NCBI GenBank assembly: GCA_963741095.1
Contig: CAVUGN010000003.1
Coordinates: forward strand, 1-17,238
DNA: 17,238 bases
Reading direction: 5' to 3'
Source of the DNA: an uncultured Candidatus Micrarchaeota archaeon
Lineage (GTDB): Archaea; Micrarchaeota; Micrarchaeia; Micrarchaeales; Micrarchaeaceae
The notes beneath the pieces are model-generated. The model was not told the origin of the DNA. It did not search any database and saw nothing but the letters and a program-made list of their open reading frames with translations. This document shows positions 7,841 to 15,708 of this stretch, piece by piece. Position 1 is the first letter of the stretch; the number at the start of each line of letters is the position of its first letter. The translations under genes were made by a program, and so were the position numbers.

Positions 7841-8507
7841 ATGAAGATAGAGAAGACGATGCTAAAGATGATTAATATGGTAAAGGAAATAAAAAAGGAT
7901 GGCCAGGCATACTCAAAATCTGTTGAATTGACGTCTTGGATAAAGGCCATCTTTACCCATCCTTTCAAAAGCTATGCCTACCTGAGCGATGCGGTGCATT
8001 ATAATGGAATTTACCAGGGAATATTCGTCAAGCAGCCTTTTCATTGGCTCTACAGGAGGATCGTGCCGAATACTACCCTGCTGGACCTGGGCGCGGGCAT
8101 GGGCGAGACCGCCTTTTACTTCGTGTTGAACCCGAACGCTTCGCGGATCATCTCTTACGAAAGCGACAGGACAAAGAGGAGGTGGTTCACAGAGTCGTTG
8201 GCAACCAGCCCGGATAAGGGTCGAATAATCATCAAGGGAGAGGGGGTGTACAAACACACGCTTGATGAGATACTACACACACACACACAAGAACATCGCC
8301 ATCAAGAGCAACACTGAGGGTGCGGAGCATGAGGTCTTCGACAAAGACATCGATCTGAGCAACGTCTATGCATTGCACATAGCGTATCATTATGGTTTGC
8401 GGGAATTGCCCGCAGTACTCACGAGCAAGGGATTCAAGATAAAAACAGAAAAGGAGTCTGAAGGCAGGGAAATGGGAGAACTTGGATATCTCTATGCTTG
8501 GAAGTAG
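7841..8507 (+). pseudogene. FkbM-like SAM methyltransferase split by a frameshift in an (AC)7 tract (phase-OFF allele, pseudogene or sequencing error)
   Basis: ORF 7841-8317 has LLDLGAGMGETA and ISYESD. ORF 8262-8507 in the +1 frame has IKSNTEGAEHEVF (cf. KMDCEGxE) and GYLYAWK. The homologous halves switch frame at TLDEIL-HTH-KNIAIK. The true start may be 7859. Confidence 0.82.
8275..8288 (+). repeat. Dinucleotide microsatellite (AC)7
   Basis: tact-ACACACACACACAC-aag. It is the only long dinucleotide run I saw in the window. Confidence 0.92.
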
Positions 8508-8533
8508 AAAAAGAGCGCGTGTCTTTGCTTTTT
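8508..8533 (+). terminator. Possible terminator (weak stem plus T-tract)
   Basis: AAAGAGC ... GCTTTTT directly after TAG 8505-8507, ending in TCTTTGCTTTTT. Confidence 0.3.
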
Positions 8534-8553
8534 CGGCTCGATAACAAATGGCA

Positions 8554-8561
8554 TATAAATA
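8554..8561 (+). promoter_or_regulatory. Archaeal TATA box for rmlD
   Basis: TATAAATA starts 30 nt before GTG 8584. Confidence 0.55.
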
Positions 8562-8583
8562 TTTACTACCTAATCGTTTAACT

Positions 8584-9462
8584 GTGGAAAAGTTATTGGT
8601 GATAGGCGCCACCGGCCTTCTTGGCAACAGGTTGATGGAGCTCGCAAAGGGGAGGTACGAAGTCTACGGGACCCGAAATTCCAGTAGCAACAATGCGGCC
8701 AACATCCACAAGCTTGATGTCTGCGACAGGAAGAGCACCTTCAGCTTGATGGAAAGGATAAAGCCGGACTTCGTGATAGACACACATTCTCTCACCAACC
8801 TGGATTACTGCGAGACCCATCCTGAGGAGACCTGGAAGGTTATCGTCGAGGGGTCGAAGAATGCTGCTGAGGCTTCTAAAAAATTCGGCGCAAGGTACGT
8901 CTTCCTGTCGACCGATTACGTCTTTGATGGCAAGAAGCCAAGTTACACGGAAAGGGACACGCCCAATCCCATCAACTGCTACGCCAGGACAAAGCTGGCG
9001 GCGGAGCGCGCCCTATCGGAGCTGGATATTGATCACATAATTGCAAGGACGACGGTTTTGTACGGAGTCGGAGGCATCGGAAAAGCTAGCTTCGCGGTCT
9101 GGCTCATAAACAGGCTCAGGGCCAACGAGCGGGTCAACATAGTCACAGACCAGAGGAACTGCCCGACCTTCACGGACAATCTCTCGGAATTCCTTTTCAG
9201 GTTGTATGAAAAGGACGCGGCGGGGGTATTCCACGTAACCGGCAAGGAGTGCATAAGCAGGTATGATTTCGCAGTGCGGATAGCTGCAAAGTTTGGCCTG
9301 GAAAGAAACCTGATAACGCCGGTCACCACGGCCGAACTCAATCAGGTGGCTCCAAGACCCTTGAGCATAAACATGATCACCGAAAAGGCGGAGAAGGCGA
9401 CCGGACTCCGTGCGTTGGATGTGGATGGGGGGCTTTCGCTATTCAGGAAGCAGTTAGGATAA
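8584..9462 (+). CDS. rmlD: dTDP-4-dehydrorhamnose reductase (NDP-4-keto-6-deoxyhexose reductase)
   Basis: IGATGLLG, TNLDYCE, STDYVFDG, YARTK and DQRNCPT motifs. GTG 8584 is preferred over ATG 8548 because the TATA box lies inside the extension and homology starts at KLLVIG. Confidence 0.9.
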   Translation: MEKLLVIGATGLLGNRLMELAKGRYEVYGTRNSSSNNAANIHKLDVCDRKSTFSLMERIKPDFVIDTHSLTNLDYCETHPEETWKVIVEGSKNAAEASKKFGARYVFLSTDYVFDGKKPSYTERDTPNPINCYARTKLAAERALSELDIDHIIARTTVLYGVGGIGKASFAVWLINRLRANERVNIVTDQRNCPTFTDNLSEFLFRLYEKDAAGVFHVTGKECISRYDFAVRIAAKFGLERNLITPVTTAELNQVAPRPLSINMITEKAEKATGLRALDVDGGLSLFRKQLG

Positions 9463-9470
9463 TCGAATGG

Positions 9471-9478
9471 TATAAATA
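9471..9478 (+). promoter_or_regulatory. Archaeal TATA box for the dehydratase gene
   Basis: TATAAATA, identical to 8554-8561, starts 37 nt before ATG 9508. A GGAGA Shine-Dalgarno-like motif lies at 9499-9503. Confidence 0.55.
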
Positions 9479-9507
9479 ACATTCAACGATAATAGTTTGG
9501 AGAGTTT

Positions 9508-10737
9508 ATGGCGCCCGAAGATCCAAGCAAGAAAATTGACAACAACCTTAGGGTCTACTATGCCTGGGCAGTCTACGGGGACGAGGAGGAGCGCGCTGTC
9601 TCGAATCTGATAAGGAGCCACAAGACCCTTGCAGCGGGCGAAAACACAAAGAATTTCGAGTTGGAGGTCGCAAAGCTTTTCGGGAAGAAGCACGGCATAA
9701 TGGTCAACTCCGGCTCTTCGGCGAACCTGCTGGGAGTGGAACTGCTAAATTTGGAAAGAGGATCCGAGGTGATAACGCCTATACTCACTTTTTCCACCAC
9801 GGTGTCACCGTTGGTGCAGAAGGGGCTGATTCCAGCTTTTGTGGATGTCGACCTTGGTAGTTATCAGATACAAGTTGACAAGATAGAGGATGCGATAACC
9901 AAAAAGACGAAGGCATTGATGATCCCTTCGCTTCTCGGAAACACCGCAGACATGAAGAGATTGAGGGAAATCGCGGATGCGCACGGGCTTTATTACATTG
10001 AGGATTCTTGCGACACGATAGGAGGGAAATATGATGGTAAAGAAACGGGGGGATACTCGGACATATCCACGACAAGCTTCTACGGATCCCACATAATGAC
10101 AGCTGGAGGCGGCGGAGGCATGATATGCGTCAACGATGACCAGTGGGACAGAAAGGCAAGAATGATGAGGGGCTGGGGTAGGTCTTCATCGGTCAACGAG
10201 AGCGAGGATGTTGATCTGAGATTCAACTGCGAACTCAAAGGCATACCCTACGATTCAAAGTTCATATTCGAGGAGATAGCCTACAATTTCTGGCCGCTTG
10301 AGATGAGCGCGGTGTTCGGGTTGGAGCAGCTCAAGAGGCTTGACGGCTTTGCAAAGGCGAGGAGGGCCAATTTTGCCAAGCTTACTTCATTCTTTTCGAA
10401 GTACAAACACCTGTTCATCCTTCCCATGCAGTTGCCGAAAGCGGAAACCTCCTGGCTGGCGTACCCGCTCACGATCATGAAGGGCGCGCCGTTCACAAGG
10501 CGGGACATAACAATGTATCTCGAAAGGAACAACGTGCAGACCAGGCCGGTCTTTACGGGCAACATACTCTACCAACCGGCGTTCAGCGGCATAGAGCACA
10601 GGGATGCACAGGGCTCTTATCCGAACGCCGATTACATAATGCGCAACGCTTTCCTGATAGGGTGCCACCAGGGGCTCACAGACGCGCACATGGAGAAGAT
10701 AATGCGCCTGTTCGACGAATTCCTGGGCAAATTTTGA
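9508..10737 (+). CDS. DegT/DnrJ/EryC1/StrS fold enzyme, RfbH/ColD-type NDP-4-keto-6-deoxyhexose 3-dehydratase-like
   Basis: MVNSGSSANLL, FSTTVSP, IEDSCD, TSFYGSHIMT (His at the usual Schiff-base Lys), RGWGR, YDSKFIF and TRPVFTGNI..QPA are RfbH-subfamily signatures. Confidence 0.85.
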   Translation: MAPEDPSKKIDNNLRVYYAWAVYGDEEERAVSNLIRSHKTLAAGENTKNFELEVAKLFGKKHGIMVNSGSSANLLGVELLNLERGSEVITPILTFSTTVSPLVQKGLIPAFVDVDLGSYQIQVDKIEDAITKKTKALMIPSLLGNTADMKRLREIADAHGLYYIEDSCDTIGGKYDGKETGGYSDISTTSFYGSHIMTAGGGGGMICVNDDQWDRKARMMRGWGRSSSVNESEDVDLRFNCELKGIPYDSKFIFEEIAYNFWPLEMSAVFGLEQLKRLDGFAKARRANFAKLTSFFSKYKHLFILPMQLPKAETSWLAYPLTIMKGAPFTRRDITMYLERNNVQTRPVFTGNILYQPAFSGIEHRDAQGSYPNADYIMRNAFLIGCHQGLTDAHMEKIMRLFDEFLGKF

Positions 10738-10860
10738 TGCGGTTAGGGGCTTCGCTCGTTCTTAAACTTCGGCACTTGTGGGCGCAGTATTATTAATTTA
10801 TTAGAGATAATGGTTTATTGAATTAGGTTCAGGTCGTTGTTGTTTTTAGGTAATGATCCA

Positions 10861-12348
10861 ATGAGGATACTCTGCATCAATCCTTCGATACGCGCACCGA
10901 CCGGATGGGGCGTACCATACAGCCACATGCCGCTCGGATTGGCGTACATAGCCGCGGTGCTTCAGAAAGACCATGAGGTCCTGTTCCTGGACGCGAATGC
11001 CGAAGGTACTCTGAGCAGAACTGGCGATTTCTACTATGCCGGGCTATCCAAAGAGGAGATAGTCAACCGCGTTGCAGAGGCACATCCTGATGCCGTCTGC
11101 ATGTCGGTGGTGTTCACTTTCAATTCGCCGAATGCGCTGGATATATTGAAAGCGGTAAAAGAAAAACTTCCCGCCATGCCGATCGTGGTCGGAGGCATGC
11201 ACGTCACCGTGACTCCCGAAAAGACTCTCAAAAGCGGGGGCGTCGACATAGTCGTGATGGGCGAGGGGGAAAGGACGGTGGCGGAGCTCTTCGAGAAGCT
11301 GTCGAAAAACGAGGACCTGAAGGAGGTAAAGGGGATAGCGTACCGGGAGAACGGCGAGATACGGATAAACCCGGAGCGCGAGCTCATAAGGGACCTGGAT
11401 TCGCTCCCGTTTCCGGCAATAGAGCTGCTGCCCCTGGAGAAATACTTCGAGACCCAGGCTAAGGGCAACAGCCAGAGGGAGAGGTACACCTTCAATGAGC
11501 GATGGACATCGATCATAACGAGCAGGGGATGCCCCATGAACTGCGTCTTCTGTTCCATCCACCTGACCATGGGCAAGCTCTACAGGCCCAGAAGCCCCGA
11601 GAACGTGCTCCTGGAGATGGAGAGGGATTACAATAAGTTCGGGATAAGGCACTTCAACATAGAGGATGACAACATGAGCTGGAACATAGAAAGGTTCCAG
11701 AAGATCTGCGATCTCATTGTGGCCAAAGGTTTGAAGATAACTTGGTCGGCGCCTAACGGCTTGAGAGCCGACAGGGTCGACGATCTGACAATCAAGAAGA
11801 TGAAGGCTTCAGGATGCAAAAGGGTGTTCGTGGCTCCGGAGTCGGGCTCGCAGAGAGTGGTGAACGAAGTTATAGACAAAAGGATGAAGCTCGAGGATGT
11901 CGAGAAGGCTGTGGAGCTGTTCGCCAAAAACGGCATAACGGTCGATGCGGCTTTCATAATAGGCCTGCCCGGCGAAACCAAGGCGGAGATGGAGGAGACC
12001 ATAGCATTCGCCAAAAAATTGAGGAAAAAAGGCGCAACCCACACCGGAATCTCCATAGCCGCACCGCTCTATGGCACAAGACTCTACAAGCTGGCGGTAG
12101 AGAACGGCTATTTTGACCCGAAAACCGATCCGGCTAGGATCACACCACTGGAGGCGAATATCCAGACGCCGGAATGGACCAAGGATTATGTGGCGGCGTT
12201 TTGGAACATGGCGAATTGGTCCGTAAACCTTAGCACCGCTGAAAAGTTCACACACATATTAAAGAAATGGAAACGCGTTCCAGGATTTGCAGCAAATTAC
12301 TTCAAATTTTACCTGTTTGACAAAGAAGAGAGCAAACATAAGGATTGA
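10861..12348 (+). CDS. B12-binding domain radical SAM protein (class B methyltransferase-like)
   Basis: PLGLAYIAA, GGMHVT and DIVVMGEGE (cobalamin-binding domain); SRGCPMNCVFC (CxxxCxxC, 11530-11553); EDDN, ESGS and FIIGLPGET. ATG 10861 (MRILCINP) is the likely start. Confidence 0.92.
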   Translation: MRILCINPSIRAPTGWGVPYSHMPLGLAYIAAVLQKDHEVLFLDANAEGTLSRTGDFYYAGLSKEEIVNRVAEAHPDAVCMSVVFTFNSPNALDILKAVKEKLPAMPIVVGGMHVTVTPEKTLKSGGVDIVVMGEGERTVAELFEKLSKNEDLKEVKGIAYRENGEIRINPERELIRDLDSLPFPAIELLPLEKYFETQAKGNSQRERYTFNERWTSIITSRGCPMNCVFCSIHLTMGKLYRPRSPENVLLEMERDYNKFGIRHFNIEDDNMSWNIERFQKICDLIVAKGLKITWSAPNGLRADRVDDLTIKKMKASGCKRVFVAPESGSQRVVNEVIDKRMKLEDVEKAVELFAKNGITVDAAFIIGLPGETKAEMEETIAFAKKLRKKGATHTGISIAAPLYGTRLYKLAVENGYFDPKTDPARITPLEANIQTPEWTKDYVAAFWNMANWSVNLSTAEKFTHILKKWKRVPGFAANYFKFYLFDKEESKHKD

Positions 12349-12367
12349 CGCAGAACTTTTCTTTGCG
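12349..12367. terminator. Possible terminator between convergent genes
   Basis: CGCAGA / TTTGCG 6-bp stem (one G-U pair) overlapping the TTTTCTTT tract immediately after the radical SAM stop. Confidence 0.3.
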
Positions 12368-12401
12368 GGCTTGGTACGGCTTCCTAGTGTGAGAGGGTTA
12401 G

Positions 12402-13586
12402 TTATCGGTTCAACATCCTGGTGAACCGGGATACGAATTTATCCGGAGCATATCTTTTTTTTATGATGTTGTGGATTTTGAGTTTTCTATTGAAGTACGC
12501 ACCGCTGTCCTCGAGATATAAATCGAAGAAATCCAAGATCGCATTGGAGAATCTTCCAACATCAAAGGGTTTTATCAGTGTGCCCTGCACACTTGTTTTG
12601 ATTATGTCCTTTGAACCGGATACGTTGAAGGCTACGGCAGGGATACCATAGCTCTGCGCTTCTAACAGGGACAGCCCGGTGGTCTCATACCTTGAAGGCA
12701 TGAGAAAGAGGCTGGCTTTTTTGTACTCGCTTTTGAGCGACGCGTCCGTGACAAAACCATGCCAGGATACGTTATGGGGGAATTTGCTTGCCAACCGCCG
12801 CACCGTGCCTGCGCCCTCTTCCCCTGAACCGATGATGTGGAATTTTAGGTGCTTTTCCTTTTTGATTGTGTTTTCTATGATTCCTTCAAGCAGGTCTATC
12901 CCTTTCTGGGGTACGGCAAGCCTCCCAACGAAAAGGCAGATGAACTCTTTCCGGTTTGAGATTATGTTTGATACCGCAGGCTCAAGATAGAGGAAGTGTG
13001 GGATGTTGTACACCCTGCCTTTGTATTTTAGTTCGTGCAACATGTCGACCTGCAGCTGGGATAACGTGTGTATTTCTTTGATGTGTTTGAGCAAGATTTT
13101 CTGCGTAAGATTCAGTATTGGGTTGCCTTTGCTGTCCCGCTTTTTCATCAGGAATTCGGGATTGTGCATGCCGAGTATGAATCGTTTCTTGTAGAACCTG
13201 GACAGCATCAACGAGTATGAAAGAATCACTGGATTGAGGGTGACTTCATACACTATGTCCGCATTTGCTATGACTTTTCTGAGTTTGGGCAGCCCGGTGA
13301 TTTTTGGAAGCCGCGTTACGAATCCGCCGGTGTTTGATAATTTTGTGTTGACCCCGTAACAGTCCACATCAACTATGTTCACGCCCTTCAGATTGTATCT
13401 TTTGAGCAGCTCGGCCTTGGGTATCCGCATTGTATCAATCCGCGAAACCGGGTTTACCAGGGTGATATTGAAATCTTTTTTCAGCCGAACCGCCACTTCC
13501 AAAGCCCAGCGTTCTCCGCCGCCGAAGGATTGTAAAGTGTTCAGTATTATCGCGAGCTTTTTCTTCGGCGTCCTTTTGGTGTTCAT
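12402..13586 (-). CDS. Glycosyltransferase family 4 (GT-B)
   Basis: GGGERW, LFVGRL..QKGIDLL and PSRYETTGLSLLEAQSYGIP (E-x7-E). Confidence 0.9.
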   Translation of the reverse strand: MNTKRTPKKKLAIILNTLQSFGGGERWALEVAVRLKKDFNITLVNPVSRIDTMRIPKAELLKRYNLKGVNIVDVDCYGVNTKLSNTGGFVTRLPKITGLPKLRKVIANADIVYEVTLNPVILSYSLMLSRFYKKRFILGMHNPEFLMKKRDSKGNPILNLTQKILLKHIKEIHTLSQLQVDMLHELKYKGRVYNIPHFLYLEPAVSNIISNRKEFICLFVGRLAVPQKGIDLLEGIIENTIKKEKHLKFHIIGSGEEGAGTVRRLASKFPHNVSWHGFVTDASLKSEYKKASLFLMPSRYETTGLSLLEAQSYGIPAVAFNVSGSKDIIKTSVQGTLIKPFDVGRFSNAILDFFDLYLEDSGAYFNRKLKIHNIIKKRYAPDKFVSRFTRMLNR

Positions 13587-13587
13587 G

Positions 13588-14646
13588 TCATTCGGGACCT
13601 TTGTTCTGCTTTTCGTATCTCTCCTTTATTAGCGTCATCATTAACTCTCCGTGCTGTTCCTTATCTTTATACTTTCGGTTCAGCGCTTCTATTGTTGCAT
13701 CTTCGTCGAGGTGCAGGAATTTGACCACCCCTATGCGGTTTATCTTCTTTGATATGTCAAATATCTCTTCCGCGTCTGGAGCTGTTTTCCATTCGCTTAT
13801 CCAGTTCAGGCGCGTCTTCAGGTGAGGTATCAATTGGAGCACTCCGCTGATGCTGCGCCGCTTCAGTGCATAGCCCAGATCGACCATGAAGTAGTACACG
13901 AAATAATCAAAATTGCTTATCTCCTGATCTTGCTTCCTTAGTGTGATTTTCTCGTAGGACAACATGAAAGATTTTATGGCCCTGCCCAGAAACGTGTTTT
14001 CCACACTCCTGCTCTTGGACATCATGAGCTTTGACACATAATCCATAACGCGTTCGTTGTACAGTCCGTACGAAAGGCGGTCGAATTTCAATATCTTCGA
14101 GTATTCGCCACCGTAGCCCACGGACTTCAATTCCACAAGGTGGTCGAAGAAGTACTCTTCATTGAGCTTTTCGATCGCGCCGGTGACGAGCGCCTGCTCA
14201 TGCAGAAATCCCTTGAATTCGACAAACTCCTTTCGGAAGAGTCTTATCTGCCACGTGTAGAAGCCATTTCGCTTGCCCTTGAACACCTCTTCGTTTCTTC
14301 TGATGGCGAACGCCCTGCATTTTGCGCTGCCGATTATCCTCTTTAGGTCGGACTTGAAGGGATTGCTCATCCGTTCGTCAGTATCGATTAGGAGGACCCA
14401 GGAATGCTTGCACTTCTTGAATGCATACGGCCTCAGCGCCTCCAGCGGGGCCAGAGGGACCACGTAGAATAGCTGCAGCTTTGCCATCCTCTGATTCTTC
14501 TTGGCCGCGTGCAACTTCTCCCTGTTTTTCTTGTCGCTCGAATCCATGAGGACTATATCATCTGCGACTCCGTAAAGGTCGTTGACTAGACCAAGAGTCT
14601 TTTCCACCTCGTTCCTGGAGAATATCAGGACTGAGAGTTTGACCAT
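13588..14646 (-). CDS. Glycosyltransferase family 2 (WaaE/LgtF-like N-terminal domain with C-terminal extension)
   Basis: LSVLIFSRNE, DDIVLMDSSD, WVLLIDTDE, QIRLFRK and GFLHE. ATG 14646 is preferred over GTG 14655. 1-nt gap to the downstream GT4. Confidence 0.82.
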   Translation of the reverse strand: MVKLSVLIFSRNEVEKTLGLVNDLYGVADDIVLMDSSDKKNREKLHAAKKNQRMAKLQLFYVVPLAPLEALRPYAFKKCKHSWVLLIDTDERMSNPFKSDLKRIIGSAKCRAFAIRRNEEVFKGKRNGFYTWQIRLFRKEFVEFKGFLHEQALVTGAIEKLNEEYFFDHLVELKSVGYGGEYSKILKFDRLSYGLYNERVMDYVSKLMMSKSRSVENTFLGRAIKSFMLSYEKITLRKQDQEISNFDYFVYYFMVDLGYALKRRSISGVLQLIPHLKTRLNWISEWKTAPDAEEIFDISKKINRIGVVKFLHLDEDATIEALNRKYKDKEQHGELMMTLIKERYEKQNKGPE

Positions 14647-14739
14647 CGGAAACACGCCAGATATAGATGGAATAAAAAGGTTAAAAGCGTATTTATGTCT
14701 GCAACATCTTTGGATTTGGCCGCGGCGCCCGTTCTGTGA

Positions 14740-15555
14740 TCAGGCTCTTGTGGCGAAAAGTATGCCGGTCCCTCTGTTTTTGTCCTTGTCCCTGAGCGTT
14801 ACTTCGAATCCCTTTTTGACGAGGTAATTGACCATCTCGCCCCTCTTCCTGCCGTTGATCTCGTGGTACTCCATGCAGATGTAATCGATGTCGAACTCCA
14901 AGTCGCGCATGTCCCTTATTATCTCCCACTCGCTGCCCTCGCAGTCCATCTTCATTATGTCCACGTGGCCCAATTTTTTCAGTATACGGCTCAGCTTTGT
15001 GCTGGCGACGAGGGTGTATTCGTCTTTTTTATGCCCTCCCGCAGCCGATTTGAGTGTGGAGAACAGCACCGGGTTGTTGCTGTTCCACAGCTTCACCTCG
15101 CCTTCCGTACCGCTAACCGCAAGATTGAACGGCTTCACCCTGCCGATCAGGTTGTTTGCTTTTATGTTTCTTTTCATGAGATTGAAGTTGCTTTTATCTG
15201 GTTCGTACGCATACACGACCGGCATCTTCAATGTCTTGCAGGCATAGAGCGAGAAGAGACTTATGTGCGCCCCGATGTCAAGGACCGTCGGCCTGGCTTT
15301 GTTCTTTGTGCTTTTAGGAAGCCTGGTGAAGTAGGGCTGACCGAGAAAGAGCTCAAGGAAGGTCTCTATGTCCCCCAGCTTGTTTTCCCTCATCTCTATT
15401 TTGAGCCCGTCGTTGGTCTCCACAACGAACGTCTCGTCCGGAAGGCTTAGTCCTGCCTTGTTCGCCAGATAGAAATACATGAAGTTAGGCCAGCTTGCGG
15501 CGGACAGCGAATTGAAGTACGTGCTAAGGGTTTCCATTTGCGCTAGGATGTCCAT
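14740..15555 (-). CDS. FkbM family SAM-dependent methyltransferase
   Basis: VLDIGAHISLFS, VYAYEPD, NIKANNL, FNLAVS, IMKMDCEGSEWEI and MEYH motifs. Confidence 0.9.
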   Translation of the reverse strand: MDILAQMETLSTYFNSLSAASWPNFMYFYLANKAGLSLPDETFVVETNDGLKIEMRENKLGDIETFLELFLGQPYFTRLPKSTKNKARPTVLDIGAHISLFSLYACKTLKMPVVYAYEPDKSNFNLMKRNIKANNLIGRVKPFNLAVSGTEGEVKLWNSNNPVLFSTLKSAAGGHKKDEYTLVASTKLSRILKKLGHVDIMKMDCEGSEWEIIRDMRDLEFDIDYICMEYHEINGRKRGEMVNYLVKKGFEVTLRDKDKNRGTGILFATRA

Positions 15556-15677
15556 GAGGATGCCTTTTGACTGATGTTTGGGTGCTATTCGTTGTTAAAA
15601 TCTAAAAAGACCGCATATCATAGATGAATCCTGCATTTCTATGCCGCCTTCTGGTGTTTTTGTGGCACATTCCATCA

Positions 15678-15688
15678 ATGATAAAAGC
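15678..15688 (+). promoter_or_regulatory. Putative TATA box for the permease gene (leaderless)
   Basis: GATAAAAG at 15680-15687, about 22-29 nt before ATG 15709. Confidence 0.35.
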
Positions 15689-15708
15689 CTTGTTGTTGTA
15701 GCCATAAT

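Noticed and set aside
8236-8290. Programmed ribosomal frameshift stimulated by the upstream GGGAGAGGGGG
   Set aside because: The purine run is about 30 nt from the tract and there is no recognised slippery heptamer; DNA-level slippage or a sequencing error is simpler.
8262-8507. Independent 81-aa gene
   Set aside because: It is the C-terminal part of the FkbM fold begun in 7841-8317, and the TTG/ATG start has no promoter or RBS support.
2630-12465. Homopolymer runs (G6 near 2635, T-runs near 3080, 3677 and 12455) as additional phase-variation tracts
   Set aside because: They are short, lie in intact frames and are explained by Lys/Gly codons.
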